Below, piece by piece: positions 24,442 through 38,900 of a DNA stretch of 64,000 bases (within the stretch, counting starts at the first letter, position 1; the number at the start of each line of letters is the position of its first letter). Under the pieces are notes generated by a model. It saw only the letters and a list, made by a program, of their open reading frames with translations, made no database searches and had not been told where the DNA came from. Location of the stretch: NCBI GenBank assembly GCA_032718475.1, contig JAUCBJ010002094.1, positions 1-64,000 of the forward strand. The letters run 5' to 3'. Position numbers and translations under genes: made by a program. The DNA is from Nemertoderma westbladi. Taxonomy: Eukaryota; Animalia; Xenacoelomorpha.

Positions 24442-26949
24442 CCCAGCAGCGCCCAGCGTCTACATTTGTAACCCCATTAAAGACTGTTTTCAAATCAATT
24501 GTAGTTACCAAATATATCCTATAACTATTATAATGCTATAATATGATTAATTAAAGGTGCATCTATATGACTGAAACTTAAAAAACGGTAAATTTTAAAA
24601 ATTTGCATTTCTAAATTGACTCTAAAAATCGGAAATATTTTTTTTCAGACATCGATTGGCATTACTTCATTCTATGTAACTATATGGTTATAGACAATAG
24701 GGATTGTGGCATATTTTTATTATCAGATAATGGGAGATTTAATAAAACAATAAAATATTATGTAGTCTGTCCTCTTTAGTCTAGCAAATTCAACTTATTT
24801 ACAGAAGACTACATTTGTAGTGCTTGGGCACTACATAGTGATTGATACTTTTAGACACAATCTGTATGTGATACCAGAGGTACCGGTACCGAGAATATTA
24901 CTACAGTACGGCCTGACAGTAGGTACTACACCTTCCACTGTCAGACTGTACCACTTTCCTAATGCAGGAGTTACTGGTACCAGTATAGCAGTAACAATAC
25001 AGCAATAGGCTACACTAGCTCGCTAGCATTCCAAGGCATTATAATGATTGACTGTGCCTGTCTCAAAGTCTGGAAATTTCTGAACGCAGGAATTTTTGTA
25101 AATAAAATATAATTGCTGCTTCTAACAGCAGAACAGTCTGAACTCTATTTTAAATACCACTGAATCATTGCCCTGTACTCTGCGCGCTGCGCTACAAATG
25201 CACTCCCTTCACCCCAAGTCTAAACACTACACGCGCACATGCACATGCCCACTTAAGATTGTTGCTGTGATTGTGACGCTCACCACATGGTGCATTGGCC
25301 TGGAATCTACTCCACTTCACCCAACACCTACTAATAAACTTGCAGTTCAGCTAGGACTATGGATTCCGATGCCGACTCTGTGGCTGATCGCTATTCCTTT
25401 TGACGGCTTTCCCAGGTCACTGGCTGACTGGTGGATGTCAAGGAAATGCAAACCAAACATCAACAGATCAACCCACCCCCAGTTCAGCAGTTGACGTTGT
25501 GGAAGAAGAGCCCCTGCGCCCTGCCAGTCCGCAACTCGATCAAGTTGAACTTGAAGCCTACAGTCTTACAGTCTCAGCGGCAGTGCTGCTAGTATCAGCA
25601 GAACCAGAAGTAACCGATACCAGTAGACTTTCTCAAACAAAACCGGACGACAGCAAAATCCCATGTAACACGACTCAAACCAAGTAAGCAACCACATTGA
25701 AGGACAGGGCAGCTGCAGTACCTACGCTAAAGCTGCTACTGGAAGACCTAAATGACATCATTCTGAAGTTCGCCGCCATCGATGCACATGAAAACTCTCC
25801 AAACAGTCAGTCGGTCGGCCACTCCGGGAGAACATGGCGATGTGGATCTTCTCAGTGTGCAATGCAGCTAATGCATGCCGCTGCAGCACTGCTGCGTAAA
25901 CCTACCTATTCACCCGCTCCGGTACATAGTCCATTGTCTCGGGTGCGAGTTTTCGAATGGCTGCCCAATTGGCCTGTCAAGAACTCTTCACGAACGAACA
26001 TTTCGACAAAACTCAGTCATCACACGATCGTGAAGGCGAACTGGCCACATTTGCCGCTCGGCAGGCTGCTGACCGAGCTGCCCAAAACCTATAACTCCAG
26101 TCTGAGTGCCGCAAGCTGACGCTATGAAACTTTCAAAGAACTTGAACTGAGAGTGGAGCTTTCCAGTCTCGCTTCTCGCTCTACTCCCGATCAGGAGAAC
26201 GATGACAGCACGTCCAACATTGGAGTGAATCCCGATGTTCCTGAGCCCCCGGCTGCCCCGCTCGCAGTCTCATCGACAACTGGAAACCCGTTATTCCTAG
26301 CCCCTTCCAGTTGGGTGACCTTGGCTCTTGTGAACCTGTTGCCGTCCTCCATCGGGACTCTATTTCCTCTCACCTACCTGTCCATTCCGCGCTCTCTCAG
26401 CAGTGTGAACTCGCCGGAGTTCTTTTCGACTTCAGCGCTTGGCTTCACATCGATAACTGCCGCTTCCAATTGGCCAATCGCCACTCGTTGAGAAACTGCC
26501 CCTGTTTAGCGTCCCCAGCCAGGCCGACACCGAGAGTTCCCGGCTTCCTCCTGGATTCTTACTATCCTTACAATTACTGTTTGAAGTAATGGACCCTGGG
26601 GGGTGGACACTACAAATACTACATTATCTTGAAATTTTTAACTCAATTTTAAATTAAAAACATTTGTAAAACCATTTTTTACATATGCTTTTGTGTATAC
26701 TCCATTCTACACCCACCAAAGTAGTTAATAAGTTATATTATCCTTTATAAACAAATTGGTGTTATTTTTATGAATATATAAATACCTCCATAGCGCCCAA
26801 GTACTACATTTGTACCCTACCTAATAAATTGAGATTGGTTAAAGTTTTGATACTGGTGTTGAAACTATGTTTAAGTTAGACCATTTGGACTTAGTTCTGA
26901 AAATATGAATAAATTACCTCGAGTTTTTAGAAGTCTGGGTTTTGCTGGG
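24442..26949. mobile_element. Non-autonomous TIR DNA transposon with CCCAGCA termini (animal CACTA/EnSpm-like or piggyBac-like; superfamily unresolved)
   Basis: The left end CCCAGCAGCGCCCAG matches the reverse complement of the right end, CCCAGCAAAACCCAG. It sits in the satellite at GAGTTAA|...|TTATTAACTTC. The subterminal motif AGCGCCCA..CTACATTTGTA recurs at ~24448 and ~26792, with a related inverted copy at ~24808-24834. No transposase was recognised. Confidence 0.75.
25359..26491 (+). pseudogene. Decayed S/T/P-rich ORF of unknown function inside the TIR element
   Basis: ORFs 25400-25687, 25697-26119 and 26153-26491 share one frame, separated by single stops. A possible ATG at 25359 (MDSDADSVADRYS) would join through a 1-nt frameshift. 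The block is more GC-rich than the element ends. Confidence 0.45.
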
Positions 26950-26952
26950 TTA

Positions 26953-29900
26953 TTAACTTCAGCTCTAGTCACTTTGGCAATACGATGAAACTATAAAAAA
27001 TATTCTAGAACACAACAATATTAATAGGGAGATAGGATACTTATCTCTCCACTCAGAAAGCCACAGATAGGGGGTGTTCCAACGCAATCAAAATTAATCC
27101 ATCTCCAGCGGAAAGACGTAGCAAATAACAGCTGATTACTGCTATAAATGTAAGTACCTGTTCTTTTGACTTTCATTTAAGATTCTCTATCTCGTGGAGT
27201 GGGATAGAAGTTATAAATATGAAAATCGATATGGTTTTTGTAAAAAATCAGAGGATATTTTGATAAATTATTGCAGAAAAACACCAAGGATTTTGACATG
27301 GCTTTAATACTTCATTATGTTCATGAAATAGCTGAGATATTTGAGGTGAATTATTGTATTATGAGTTAACTTCAGCTCTAGTCACTTTGGCAATACGATG
27401 AAACTATAAAAAATATTCTAGAACACAACAATATTAATAGGGAGATAGGATACTTATATCTCCACTCAGAAAGCCACAGATAGGGGGTGTTCCAACGCAA
27501 TCAAAATTCATCTATCTCCAGCGGAAAGACGTAGCAAATAACAGCTGATTACTGCTATAAATGTAAGTGTTACCTGTTCATTTGACGTTCATTTAAGATT
27601 CTCTATCTCGTGGAGTGGGATAGAGGTTATAAATATGAAAATTGATATGGTTTTTGAAAAAAATCAGAGGATATTTTGATAAATTATTGTAGAAAAATAC
27701 CAAGGATTTTGACATGGATTTAATACTTCATTATGTTCATGAAATAGCTGAGATATTTGAGGTGAATTATTGTATTATGAGTCAACTTCAGCTCTAGTCA
27801 CTTTGGCAATACGATGAAACTATAATAAATATTCTAGAACACAACAATATGAACAGGGAGATAGGCTACTTATCTCTCCACTCAGACAGCCACAGATAGG
27901 GGGTGTTCCAACGCAATCAAAATTCATCCATCTCCAGCGGAAAGACGTAGCAAATAACAGCTGATTACTGCTATAAATGTAAGTGTTACCTGTTCTTTTG
28001 ACGTTCATTTAAGATTCTCTATCTCGTGGAGTGGGATAGAAGTTATAAATAAGAAAATCGATGTGGTTTTTGAAAAAAATCAGAGGATATTTTGATAAAT
28101 TATTGCAGAAAAACACCAATGATTTTGACATGGCTTTAATACTTCATTATGTTCATGAAATAGCTGAGATATTTGAGGTGAATTATTGTATTATGAGTTA
28201 ACTTCAGCTCTAGTCACTTTGGCAATACGATGAAACTATAAAAAATATTCTAGAACACAACAATATTAATAGGGAGATAGGATACTTATCTCTCCACTCA
28301 GAAAGCCACAGATAGGGGGTGTTCCAACGCAATCAAAATTAATCCATCTCCAGCGGAATGACGAAGCAAATAACAGCTGATTACTGCTATAAATGTAAGT
28401 GTTACCTGTTCTTTTGACGTTCATTTAAGATTCTCTATATCGTGGAGTGGGATAGAAGTTATAAATATGAAAATCGATATGGTTTTTGTAAAAAATCAGA
28501 GGATATTTTGATAAATTATTGCAGAAAAACACCAAGGATTTTGACATGGCTTTAATACTTCATTATGTTCATGAAATAGCTGAGATATTTGAGGTGAATT
28601 ATTGCATTACATAATAACTTTAGCTCCAGCCACTTTAGCAATACGATGAAACTATAATAAATATTCTAGAACACAACAATATTAACAGGGAGATAGGCTA
28701 CTTATCTCTCCTCTCAGACAGCCACAGATAGGGGGTGTTCCAACGCAATCAAAATTCATCCATCTCCAGCGGCAAGACGTAGCAAATAACAGCTGATTAC
28801 TGCTATAAATGTAAGTGTTACCTGTTCTTTTGACGTTCATTTAAGATTCTCTATCTCGTGGAGTGGGATAGAAGTTATAAATATGAAAATTGATATGGTT
28901 TTTGAAAAAAATCAGAGGATATTTTGATAAATTATTGCAGAAAAATACCAAGGATTTTGACATGGATTTAATACTTCATAATGTTCATGAAATAGCTGAG
29001 ATATTTGAGGTGAATTATTGTATTATGAGTCAACTTCAGCTCTAGTCACTTTGGCAATACGATGAAACTATAATAAATATTCTAGAACACAACAATATTA
29101 ACAGGGAGATAGGCTACTTATCTCTCCACTCAGACAGCCATAGATAGGGGGTGTTCCAACGCAATCAAAATTCATCCATCTCCAGTGGAAAGACGTAGCA
29201 AATAACAGCTGATTACTGCTATAAATGTAAGTGTTACCTGTTCTTTTGACGTTCATTTAAGATTCTCCATCTCGTGGAGTGGGATAGAAGTTATAAATAA
29301 GAAAATCGATGTGGTTTTTGAAAAAAATCAGAGGATATTTTGATAAATTATTGCAGAAAAACACCAATGATTTTGACATGGCTTTAATACTTCATTATGT
29401 TCATGAAATAGCTGAGATATTTGAGGTGAATTATTGTATTATGAGTTAACTTCAGCTCTAGTCACTTTGGCAATACGATGAAACTATAAAAAATATTCTA
29501 GAACACAACAATATTAATAGGGAGATAGGATACTTATCTCTCCACTCAGAAAGCCACAGATAGGGGGTGTTCCAACGCAATCAAAATTAATCCATCTCCA
29601 GCGGAAAGACGTAGCAAATAACAGCTGATTACTGCTATAAATGTAAGTGTTACCTGTTCTTTTGACGTTCATTTAAGATTCTCTATCTCGTGGAGTGGGA
29701 TAGAAGTTATAAATATGAAAATCGATATGGTTTTTGTAAAAAATCAGAGGATATTTTGATAAATTATTGCAGAAAAACACCAAGGATTTTGACATGGCTT
29801 TAATACTTCATTATGTTCATGAAATAGCTGAGATATTTGAGGTGAATTATTGCATTACATAATAACTTTAGCTCCAGCCACTTTAGCAATACGATGAAAC

Positions 29901-32900
29901 TATAATAAATATTCTAGAACACAACAATATTAATAGGGAGATAGGCTACTTATTTCTCAACTCAGACAGCCACAGATAGGGGGTGTTCTGACACAATCAA
30001 AATTCATCCATCTCCAGCGGAAAGACGTTGCAAATAACAGCTGATTACTTCTATAAATGTAAGTGTTACCTGTTCTTTTGACTTTCATTTAAGATTCTTT
30101 ATCTCGTGGAGTGGAATGGGAATTGATATGGTTTTTGAAAAAAATCAGAGGATATTTTGATAAATTATTGCAGAAAAACACCAATGATTTTGACATGGCT
30201 TTAATACTTCATTATGTTCATGAAATAGCTGAGATATTTGAGGTGAATTATTGTATTATGAGTTAACTTCAGCTCTAGTCACTTTGGCAATACGATGAAA
30301 CTATAAAAAATATTCTAGAACACAACAATATTAATAGGGAGATAGGATACTTATCTCTCCACTCAGAAAGCCACAGATAGGGGGTGTTCCAACGCAATCA
30401 AAATTAATCCATCTCCAGCGGAAAGACGTAGCAAATAACAGCTGATTACTGCTATAAATGTAAGTGTTACCTGTTCTTTTGACGTTCATTTAAGATTCTC
30501 TATCTCGTGGAGTGGGATAGAAGTTATAAATATGAAAATCGATATGGTTTTTGTAAAAAATCAGAGGATATTTTGATAAATTATTGCAGAAAAACACCAA
30601 GGATTTTGACATGGCTTTAATACTTCATTATGTTCATGAAATAGCTGAGATATTTGAGGTGAATTATTGCATTACATAATAACTTTAGCTCCAGCCACTT
30701 TAGCAATACGATGAAACTATAATAAATATTCTAGAACACAACAATATTAATAGGGAGATAGGCTACTTATTTCTCAACTCAGACAGCCACAGATAGGGGG
30801 TGTTCTGACACAATCAAAATTCATCCATCTCCAGCGGAAAGACGTTGCAAATAACTGCTGATTACTTCTATAAATGTAAGTGTTACCTGTTCTTTTGACT
30901 TTCATTTAAGATTCTTTATCTCGTGGAGTGGAATGGGAATTGATATGGTTTTTTAAAGAAATCAGAGGATATTTTGATAAATTATTGCAGAAAAACACCA
31001 ATGATTTTGACATGGCTTTAATACTTCATTATGTTCATGAAATAGCTGATATATTTGAGGTGAATTATTGTATTATGAGTTAACTTCAGCTCTAGTCACT
31101 TTGGCAATACGATGAAACTATAAAAAATATTCTAGAACACAACAATATTAATAGGGAGATAGGATACTTATCTCTCCACTCAGAAAGCCACAGATATGGG
31201 GGTGTTCCAACGCAATCAAAATTAATCCATCTCCAGCGGAAAGACGTAGCAAATAACAGCTGATTACTGCTATAAATGTAAGTGTTACCTGTTCTTTTGA
31301 CGTTCATTTAAGATTCTCTATCTCGTGGAGTGGGATAGAAGTTATAAATATGAAAATCGATAATGGTTTTTGTAAAAAATCAGAGGATATTTTGATAAAT
31401 TATTGCAGAAAAACACCAAGGATTTTGACATGGCTTTAATACTTCATTATGTTCATGAAATAGCTGAGATATTTGAGGTGAATTATTGCATTACATAATA
31501 ACTTTAGCTCCAGCCACTTTAGCAATACGATGAAACTATAATAAATATTCTAGAACACAACAATATTAATAGGGAGTTAGGCTACTTTTTTCTCAACTCA
31601 GACAGCCACAGATAGGGGGTGTTCTGACACAATCAAAATTCATCCATCTCCAGCGGAAAGACGTTGCAAATAACAGCTGATTACTGCTATAAATGTAAGT
31701 GTTACCTGTTCTTTTGACGTTCATTTAAGATTCTCTATCTCGTGGAGTGGGATAGAAGTTATAAATATGAAAATTGATATGGTTTTTGAAAAAAATCAGA
31801 GGATAATTTGATAAATTATTGCAGAAAAATACCAAGGATTTTGACATGGATTTAATACTTCATTATGTTCATGAAATAGCTGAGATATTTGAGGTGAATT
31901 ATTGCATTACATAATAACTTTAGCTCCAGCCACTTTAGCAATACGATGAAACTATAATAAATATTCTAGAACACAACAATATTAATAGGGAGATAGGCTA
32001 CTTATTTCTCAACTCAGACAGCCACAGATAGGGGGTGTTCTGACACAATCAAAATTCATCCATCTCCAGCGGAAAGACGTTGCAAATAACAGCTGATTAC
32101 TTCTATAAATGTAAGTGTTACCTGTTCTTTTGACTTTCATTTAAGATTCTTTATCTCGTGGAGTGGAATGGGAATTGATATGGTTTTTGAAAAAAATCAG
32201 AGGATATTTTGATAAATTATTGCAGAAAAACACCAATGATTTTGACATGGCTTTAATACTTCATTATGTTCATGAAATAGCTGAGATATTTGAGGTGAAT
32301 TATTGTATTATGAGTTAACTTCAGCTCTAGTCACTTTGGCAATACGATGAAACTATAAAAAATATTCTAGAACACAACAATATTAATAGGGAGATAGGAT
32401 ACTTATCTCTCCACTCAGAAAGCCACAGATAGGGGGTGTTCCAACGCAATCAAAATTAATCCATCTCCAGCGGAAAGACGTAGCAAATAACAGCTGATTA
32501 CTGCTATAAATGTAAGTGTTACCTGTTCTTTTGACGTTCATTTAAGATTCTCTATCTCGTGGAGTGGGATAGAAGTTATAAATATGAAAATCGATATGGT
32601 TTTTGTAAAAAATCAGAGGATATTTTGATAAATTATTGCAGAAAAACACCAAGGATTTTGACATGGCTTTAATACTTCATTATGTTCATGAAATAGCTGA
32701 GATATTTGAGGTGAATTATTGCATTACATAATAACTTTAGCTCCAGCCACTTTAGCAATACGATGAAACTATAATAAATATTCTAGAACACAACAATATT
32801 AATAGGGAGATAGGCTACTTATTTCTCAACTCAGACAGCCACAGATAGGGGGTGTTCTGACACAATCAAAATTCATCCATCTCCAGCGGAAAGACGTTGC

Positions 32901-35900
32901 AAATAACTGCTGATTACTTCTATAAATGTAAGTGTTACCTGTTCTTTTGACTTTCATTTAAGATTCTTTATCTCGTGGAGTGGAATGGGAATTGATATGG
33001 TTTTTTAAAGAAATCAGAGGATATTTTGATAAATTATTGCAGAAAAACACCAATGATTTTGACATGGCTTTAATACTTCATTATGTTCATGAAATAGCTG
33101 ATATATTTGAGGTGAATTATTGTATTATGAGTTAACTTCAGCTCTAGTCACTTTGGCAATACGATGAAACTATAAAAAATATTCTAGAACACAACAATAT
33201 TAATAGGGAGATAGGATACTTATCTCTCCACTCAGAAAGCCACAGATATGGGGGTGTTCCAACGCAATCAAAATTAATCCATCTCCAGCGGAAAGACGTA
33301 GCAAATAACAGCTGATTACTGCTATAAATGTAAGTGTTACCTGTTCTTTTGACGTTCATTTAAGATTCTCTATCTCGTGGAGTGGGATAGAAGTTATAAA
33401 TATGAAAATCGATAATGGTTTTTGTAAAAAATCAGAGGATATTTTGATAAATTATTGCAGAAAAACACCAAGGATTTTGACATGGCTTTAATACTTCATT
33501 ATGTTCATGAAATAGCTGAGATATTTGAGGTGAATTATTGCATTACATAATAACTTTAGCTCCAGCCACTTTAGCAATACGATGAAACTATAATAAATAT
33601 TCTAGAACACAACAATATTAATAGGGAGTTAGGCTACTTTTTTCTCAACTCAGACAGCCACAGATAGGGGGTGTTCTGACACAATCAAAATTCATCCATC
33701 TCCAGCGGAAAGACGTTGCAAATAACAGCTGATTACTGCTATAAATGTAAGTGTTACCTGTTCTTTTGACGTTCATTTAAGATTCTCTATCTCGTGGAGT
33801 GGGATAGAAGTTATAAATATGAAAATTGATATGGTTTTTGAAAAAAATCAGAGGATAATTTGATAAATTATTGCAGAAAAATACCAAGGATTTTGACATG
33901 GATTTAATACTTCATTATGTTCATGAAATAGCTGAGATATTTGAGGTGAATTATTGTGTTATGAGTCAACTTCAGCTCTAGTCACTTTGGCAATACGATG
34001 AAACTATAATAAATATTCTAGAACACAACAATATTAACAGGGAGATAGGCTACTTATCTCTCCACTCAGACAGCCACAGATAGGGGGTGTTCCAACGCAA
34101 TCAAAATTCATCCATCTCCAGCGGAAAGACGTAGCAAATAACAGCTGATTACTGCTATAAATGTAAGTGTTACCTGTTCTTTTGACGTTCATTTAAGATT
34201 CTCTATCTCGTGGAGTGGGATATAAGTTATAAATAAGAAAATCGATGTGGTTTTTGAAAAAAATCAGAGGATATTTTGATAAATTATTGCAGAAAAACAC
34301 CAATGATTTTGACATGGCTTTAATACTTCATTATGTTCATGAAATAGCTGAGATATTTGAGGTGAATTATTGTATTATGAGTTAACTTCAGCTCTAGTCA
34401 CTTTGGCAATACGATGAAACTATAAAAAATATTCTAGAACACAACAATATTAATAGGGAGATAGGCTACTTATTTCTCAACTCAGACAGCCACAGATAGG
34501 GGGTGTTCTGACACAATCAAAATTCATCCATCTTCAGCGGAAAGACGTTGCAAATAACTGCTGATTACTTCTATAAATGTAAGTGTTACCTGTTCTTTTG
34601 ACTTTCATTTAAGATTCTTTATCTCGTGGAGTGGAATGGGAATTGATATGGTTTTTTAAAAAAATCAGAGGATATTTTGATAAATTATTGCAGAAAAACA
34701 CCAATGATTTTGACATGGCTTTAATACTTCATTATGTTCATGAAATAGCTGAGATATTTGAGGTGAATTATTGTATTATGAGTTAACTTCAGCTCTAGTC
34801 ACTTTGGCAATACGATGAAACTATAAAAAATATTCTAGAACACAACAATATTAATAGGGAGATAGGATACTTATCTCTCCACTCAGAAAGCCACAGATAT
34901 GGGGGTGTTCCAACGCAATCAAAATTAATCCATCTCCAGCGGAAAGACGTAGCAAATAACAGCTGATTACTGCTATAAATGTAAGTGTTACCTGTTCTTT
35001 TGACGTTCATTTAAGATTCTCTATCTCGTGGAGTGGGATAGAAGTTATAAATATGAAAATCGATAATGGTTTTTGTAAAAAATCAGAGGATATTTTGATA
35101 AATTATTGCAGAAAAACACCAAGGATTTTGACATGGCTTTAATACTTCATTATGTTCATGAAATAGCTGAGATATTTGAGGTGAATTATTGCATTACATA
35201 ATAACTTTAGCTCCAGCCACTTTAGCAATACGATGAAACTATAATAAATATTCTAGAACACAACAATATTAATAGGGAGTTAGGCTACTTTTTTCTCAAC
35301 TCAGACAGCCACAGATAGGGGGTGTTCTGACACAATCAAAATTCATCCATCTCCAGCGGAAAGACGTTGCAAATAACAGCTGATTACTGCTATAAATGTA
35401 AGTGTTACCTGTTCTTTTGACGTTCATTTAAGATTCTCTATCTCGTGGAGTGGGATAGAAGTTATAAATATGAAAATTGATATGGTTTTTGAAAAAAATC
35501 AGACGATAATTTGATAAATTATTGCAGAAAAATACCAAGGATTTTGACATGGATTTAATACTTCATTATGTTCATGAAATAGCTGAGATATTTGAGGTGA
35601 ATTATTGTGTTATGAGTCAACTTCAGCTCTAGTCACTTTGGCAATACGATGAAACTATAATAAATATTCTAGAACACAACAATATTAACAGGGAGATAGG
35701 CTACTTATCTCTCCACTCAGACAGCCACAGATAGGGGGTGTTCCAACGCAATCAAAATTCATCCATCTCCAGCGGAAAGACGTAGCAAATAACAGCTGAT
35801 TACTGCTATAAATGTAAGTGTTACCTGTTCTTTTGACGTTCATTTAAGATTCTCTATCTCGTGGAGTGGGATATAAGTTATAAATAAGAAAATCGATGTG

Positions 35901-38900
35901 GTTTTTGAAAAAAATCAGAGGATATTTTGATAAATTATTGCAGAAAAACACCAATGATTTTGACATGGCTTTAATACTTCATTATGTTCATGAAATAGCT
36001 GAGATATTTGAGGTGAATTATTGTATTATGAGTTAACTTCAGCTCTAGTCACTTTGGCAATACGATGAAACTATAAAAAATATTCTAGAACACAACAATA
36101 TTAATAGGGAGATAGGATACTTATCTCTCCACTCAGAAAGCCACAGATAGGGGGTGTTCCAACGCAATCAAAATTAATCCATCTCCAGCGGAATGACGAA
36201 GCAAATAACAGCTGATTACTGCTATAAATGTAAGTGTTACCTGTTCTTTTGACGTTCATTTAAGATTCTCTATCTCGTGGAGTGGGATAGAAGTTATAAA
36301 TATGAAAATCGATATGGTTTTTGTAAAAAATCAGAGGATATTTTGATAAATTATTGCAGAAAAACACCAAGGATTTTGACATGGCTTTAATACTTCATTA
36401 TGTTCATGAAATAGCTGAGATATTTGAGGTGAATTATTGCATTACATAATAACTTTAGCTCCAGCCACTTTAGCAATACGATGAAACTATAATAAATATT
36501 CTAGAACACAACAATATTAACAGGGAGATAGGCTACTTATCTCTCCTCTCAGACAGCCACAGATAGGGGGTGTTCCAACGCAATCAAAATTCATCCATCT
36601 CCAGCGGAAAGACGTAGCAAATAACAGCTGATTACTGCTATAAATGTAAGTGTTACCTGTTCTTTTGACGTTTATTTAAGATTCTCTATCTCGTGGAGTG
36701 GGATAGAAGTTATAAATATGAAAATTGATATGGTTTTTGAAAAAAATCAGAGGATATTTTGATAAATTATTGCAGAAAAATACCAAGAATTTTGACATGG
36801 ATTTAATACTTCATTATGTTCATGAAATAGCTGAGATATTTGAGGTGAATTATTGTATTATGAGTCAACTTCAGCTCTAGTCACTTTGGCAATACGATGA
36901 AACTATAAAAAATATTCTAGAACACAACAATATTAATAGGGAGATAGGATACTTATCTCTCCACTCAGAAAGCCACAGATAGGGGGTGTTCCAACGCAAT
37001 CAAAATTAATCCATCTCCAGCGGAAAGACGTAGCAAATAACAGCTGATTACTGCTATAAATGTAAGTGTTACCTGTTCTTTTGACGTTCATTTAAGATTC
37101 TCTATCTCGTGGAGTGGGATAGAAGTTATAAATATGAAAATCGATATGGTTTTTGTAAAAAATCAGAGGATATTTTGATAAATTATTGCAGAAAAACACC
37201 AAGGATTTTGACATGGCTTTAATACTTCATTATGTTCATGAAATAGCTGAGATATTTGAGGTGAATTATTGCATTACATAATAACTTTAGCTCCAGCCAC
37301 TTTAGCAATACGATGAAACTATAATAAATATTCTAGAACACAACAATATTAATAGGGAGATAGGCTACTTATTTCTCAACTCAGACAGCCACAGATAGGG
37401 GGTGTTCTGACACAATCAAAATTCATCCATCTCCAGCGGAAAGACGTTGCAAATAACAGCTGATTACTTCTATAAATTTAAGTGTTACCTGTTCTTTTGA
37501 CTTTCATTTAAGATTCTTTATCTCGTGGAGTGGAATGGGAATTGATATGGTTTTTTAAAAAAATCAGAGGATATTTTGATAAATTATTGCAGAAAAACAC
37601 CAATGATTTTGACATGGCTTTAATACTTCATTATATTCATGAAATAGCTGAGATATTTGAGGTGAATTATTGTATTATGAGTTAACTTCAGCTCTAGTCA
37701 CTTTGGCAATACGATGAAACTATAAAAAATATTCTAGAACACAACAATATTAATAGGGAGATAGGATACTTATCTCTCCACTCAGAAAGCCACAGATAGG
37801 GGGTGTTCCAACGCAATCAAAATTCATCCATCTCCAGCGGAAAGACGTAGCAAATAACAGCTGATTACTGCTATAAATGTAAGTGTTACCTGTTCTTTTG
37901 ACGTTCATTTAAGATTCTCTATCTCGTGGAGTGGGATAGAAGTTATAAATATGAAAATTGATATGGTTTTTGAAAAAAATCAGAGGATATTTTGATAAAT
38001 TATTGCAGAAAAATACCAAGGATTTTGACATGGATTTAATACTTCATTATGTTCATAAAAAATAGCTGAGATATTTGAGGTGAATTATTGTATTATGAGT
38101 CAACTTCAGCTCTAGTCACTTTGGCAATACGATGAAACTATAATAAATATTCTAGAACACAACAATATTAACAAGGAGATAGGCTACTTATCTCTCCACT
38201 CAGACAGCCATAGATAGGGGGTGTTCCAACGCAATCAAAATTCATCCATCTCCAGCGGAAAGACGTAGCAAATAACAGCTGATTACTGCTATAAATGTAA
38301 GTGTTACCTGTTCTTTTGACGTTCATTTAAGATTCTCTATCTCGTTCGAGTGGGATAGAAGTTATAAATAAGAAAATCGATGTGGTTTTTGAAAAAAATC
38401 AGAGGATATTTTGATAAATTATTGCAGAAAAACACCAATGATTTTGACATGGCTTTAATACTTCATTATGTTCATGAAATAGCTGAGATATTTGAGGTGA
38501 ATTATTGTATTATGAGTTAACTTCAGCTCTAGTCACTTTGGCAATACGATGAAACTATAAAAAATATTCTAGAACACAACAATATTAATAGGGAGATAGG
38601 ATACTTATCTCTCCACTCAGAAAGCCACAGATAGGGGGTGTTCCAACGCAATCAAAATTAATCCATCTCCAGCGGAAAGACGTAGCAAATAACAGCTGAT
38701 TACTGCTATAAATGTAAGTGTTACCTGTTCTTTTGACGTTCATTTAAGATTCTCTATCTCGTGGAGTGGGATAGAAGTTATAAATATGAAAATCGATATG
38801 GTTTTTGTAAAAAATCAGAGGATATTTTGATAAATTATTGCAGAAAAACACCAAGGATTTTGACATGGCTTTAATACTTCATTATGTTCATGAAATAGCT

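Noticed and set aside
19056-35010. Repeated 62-71 aa ORFs beginning MNVKRTGNTYIY
   Set aside because: Chance ORFs of the satellite monomer. They pass the length cutoff only where 1-bp indels or SNPs remove a stop, and they show no domain features.
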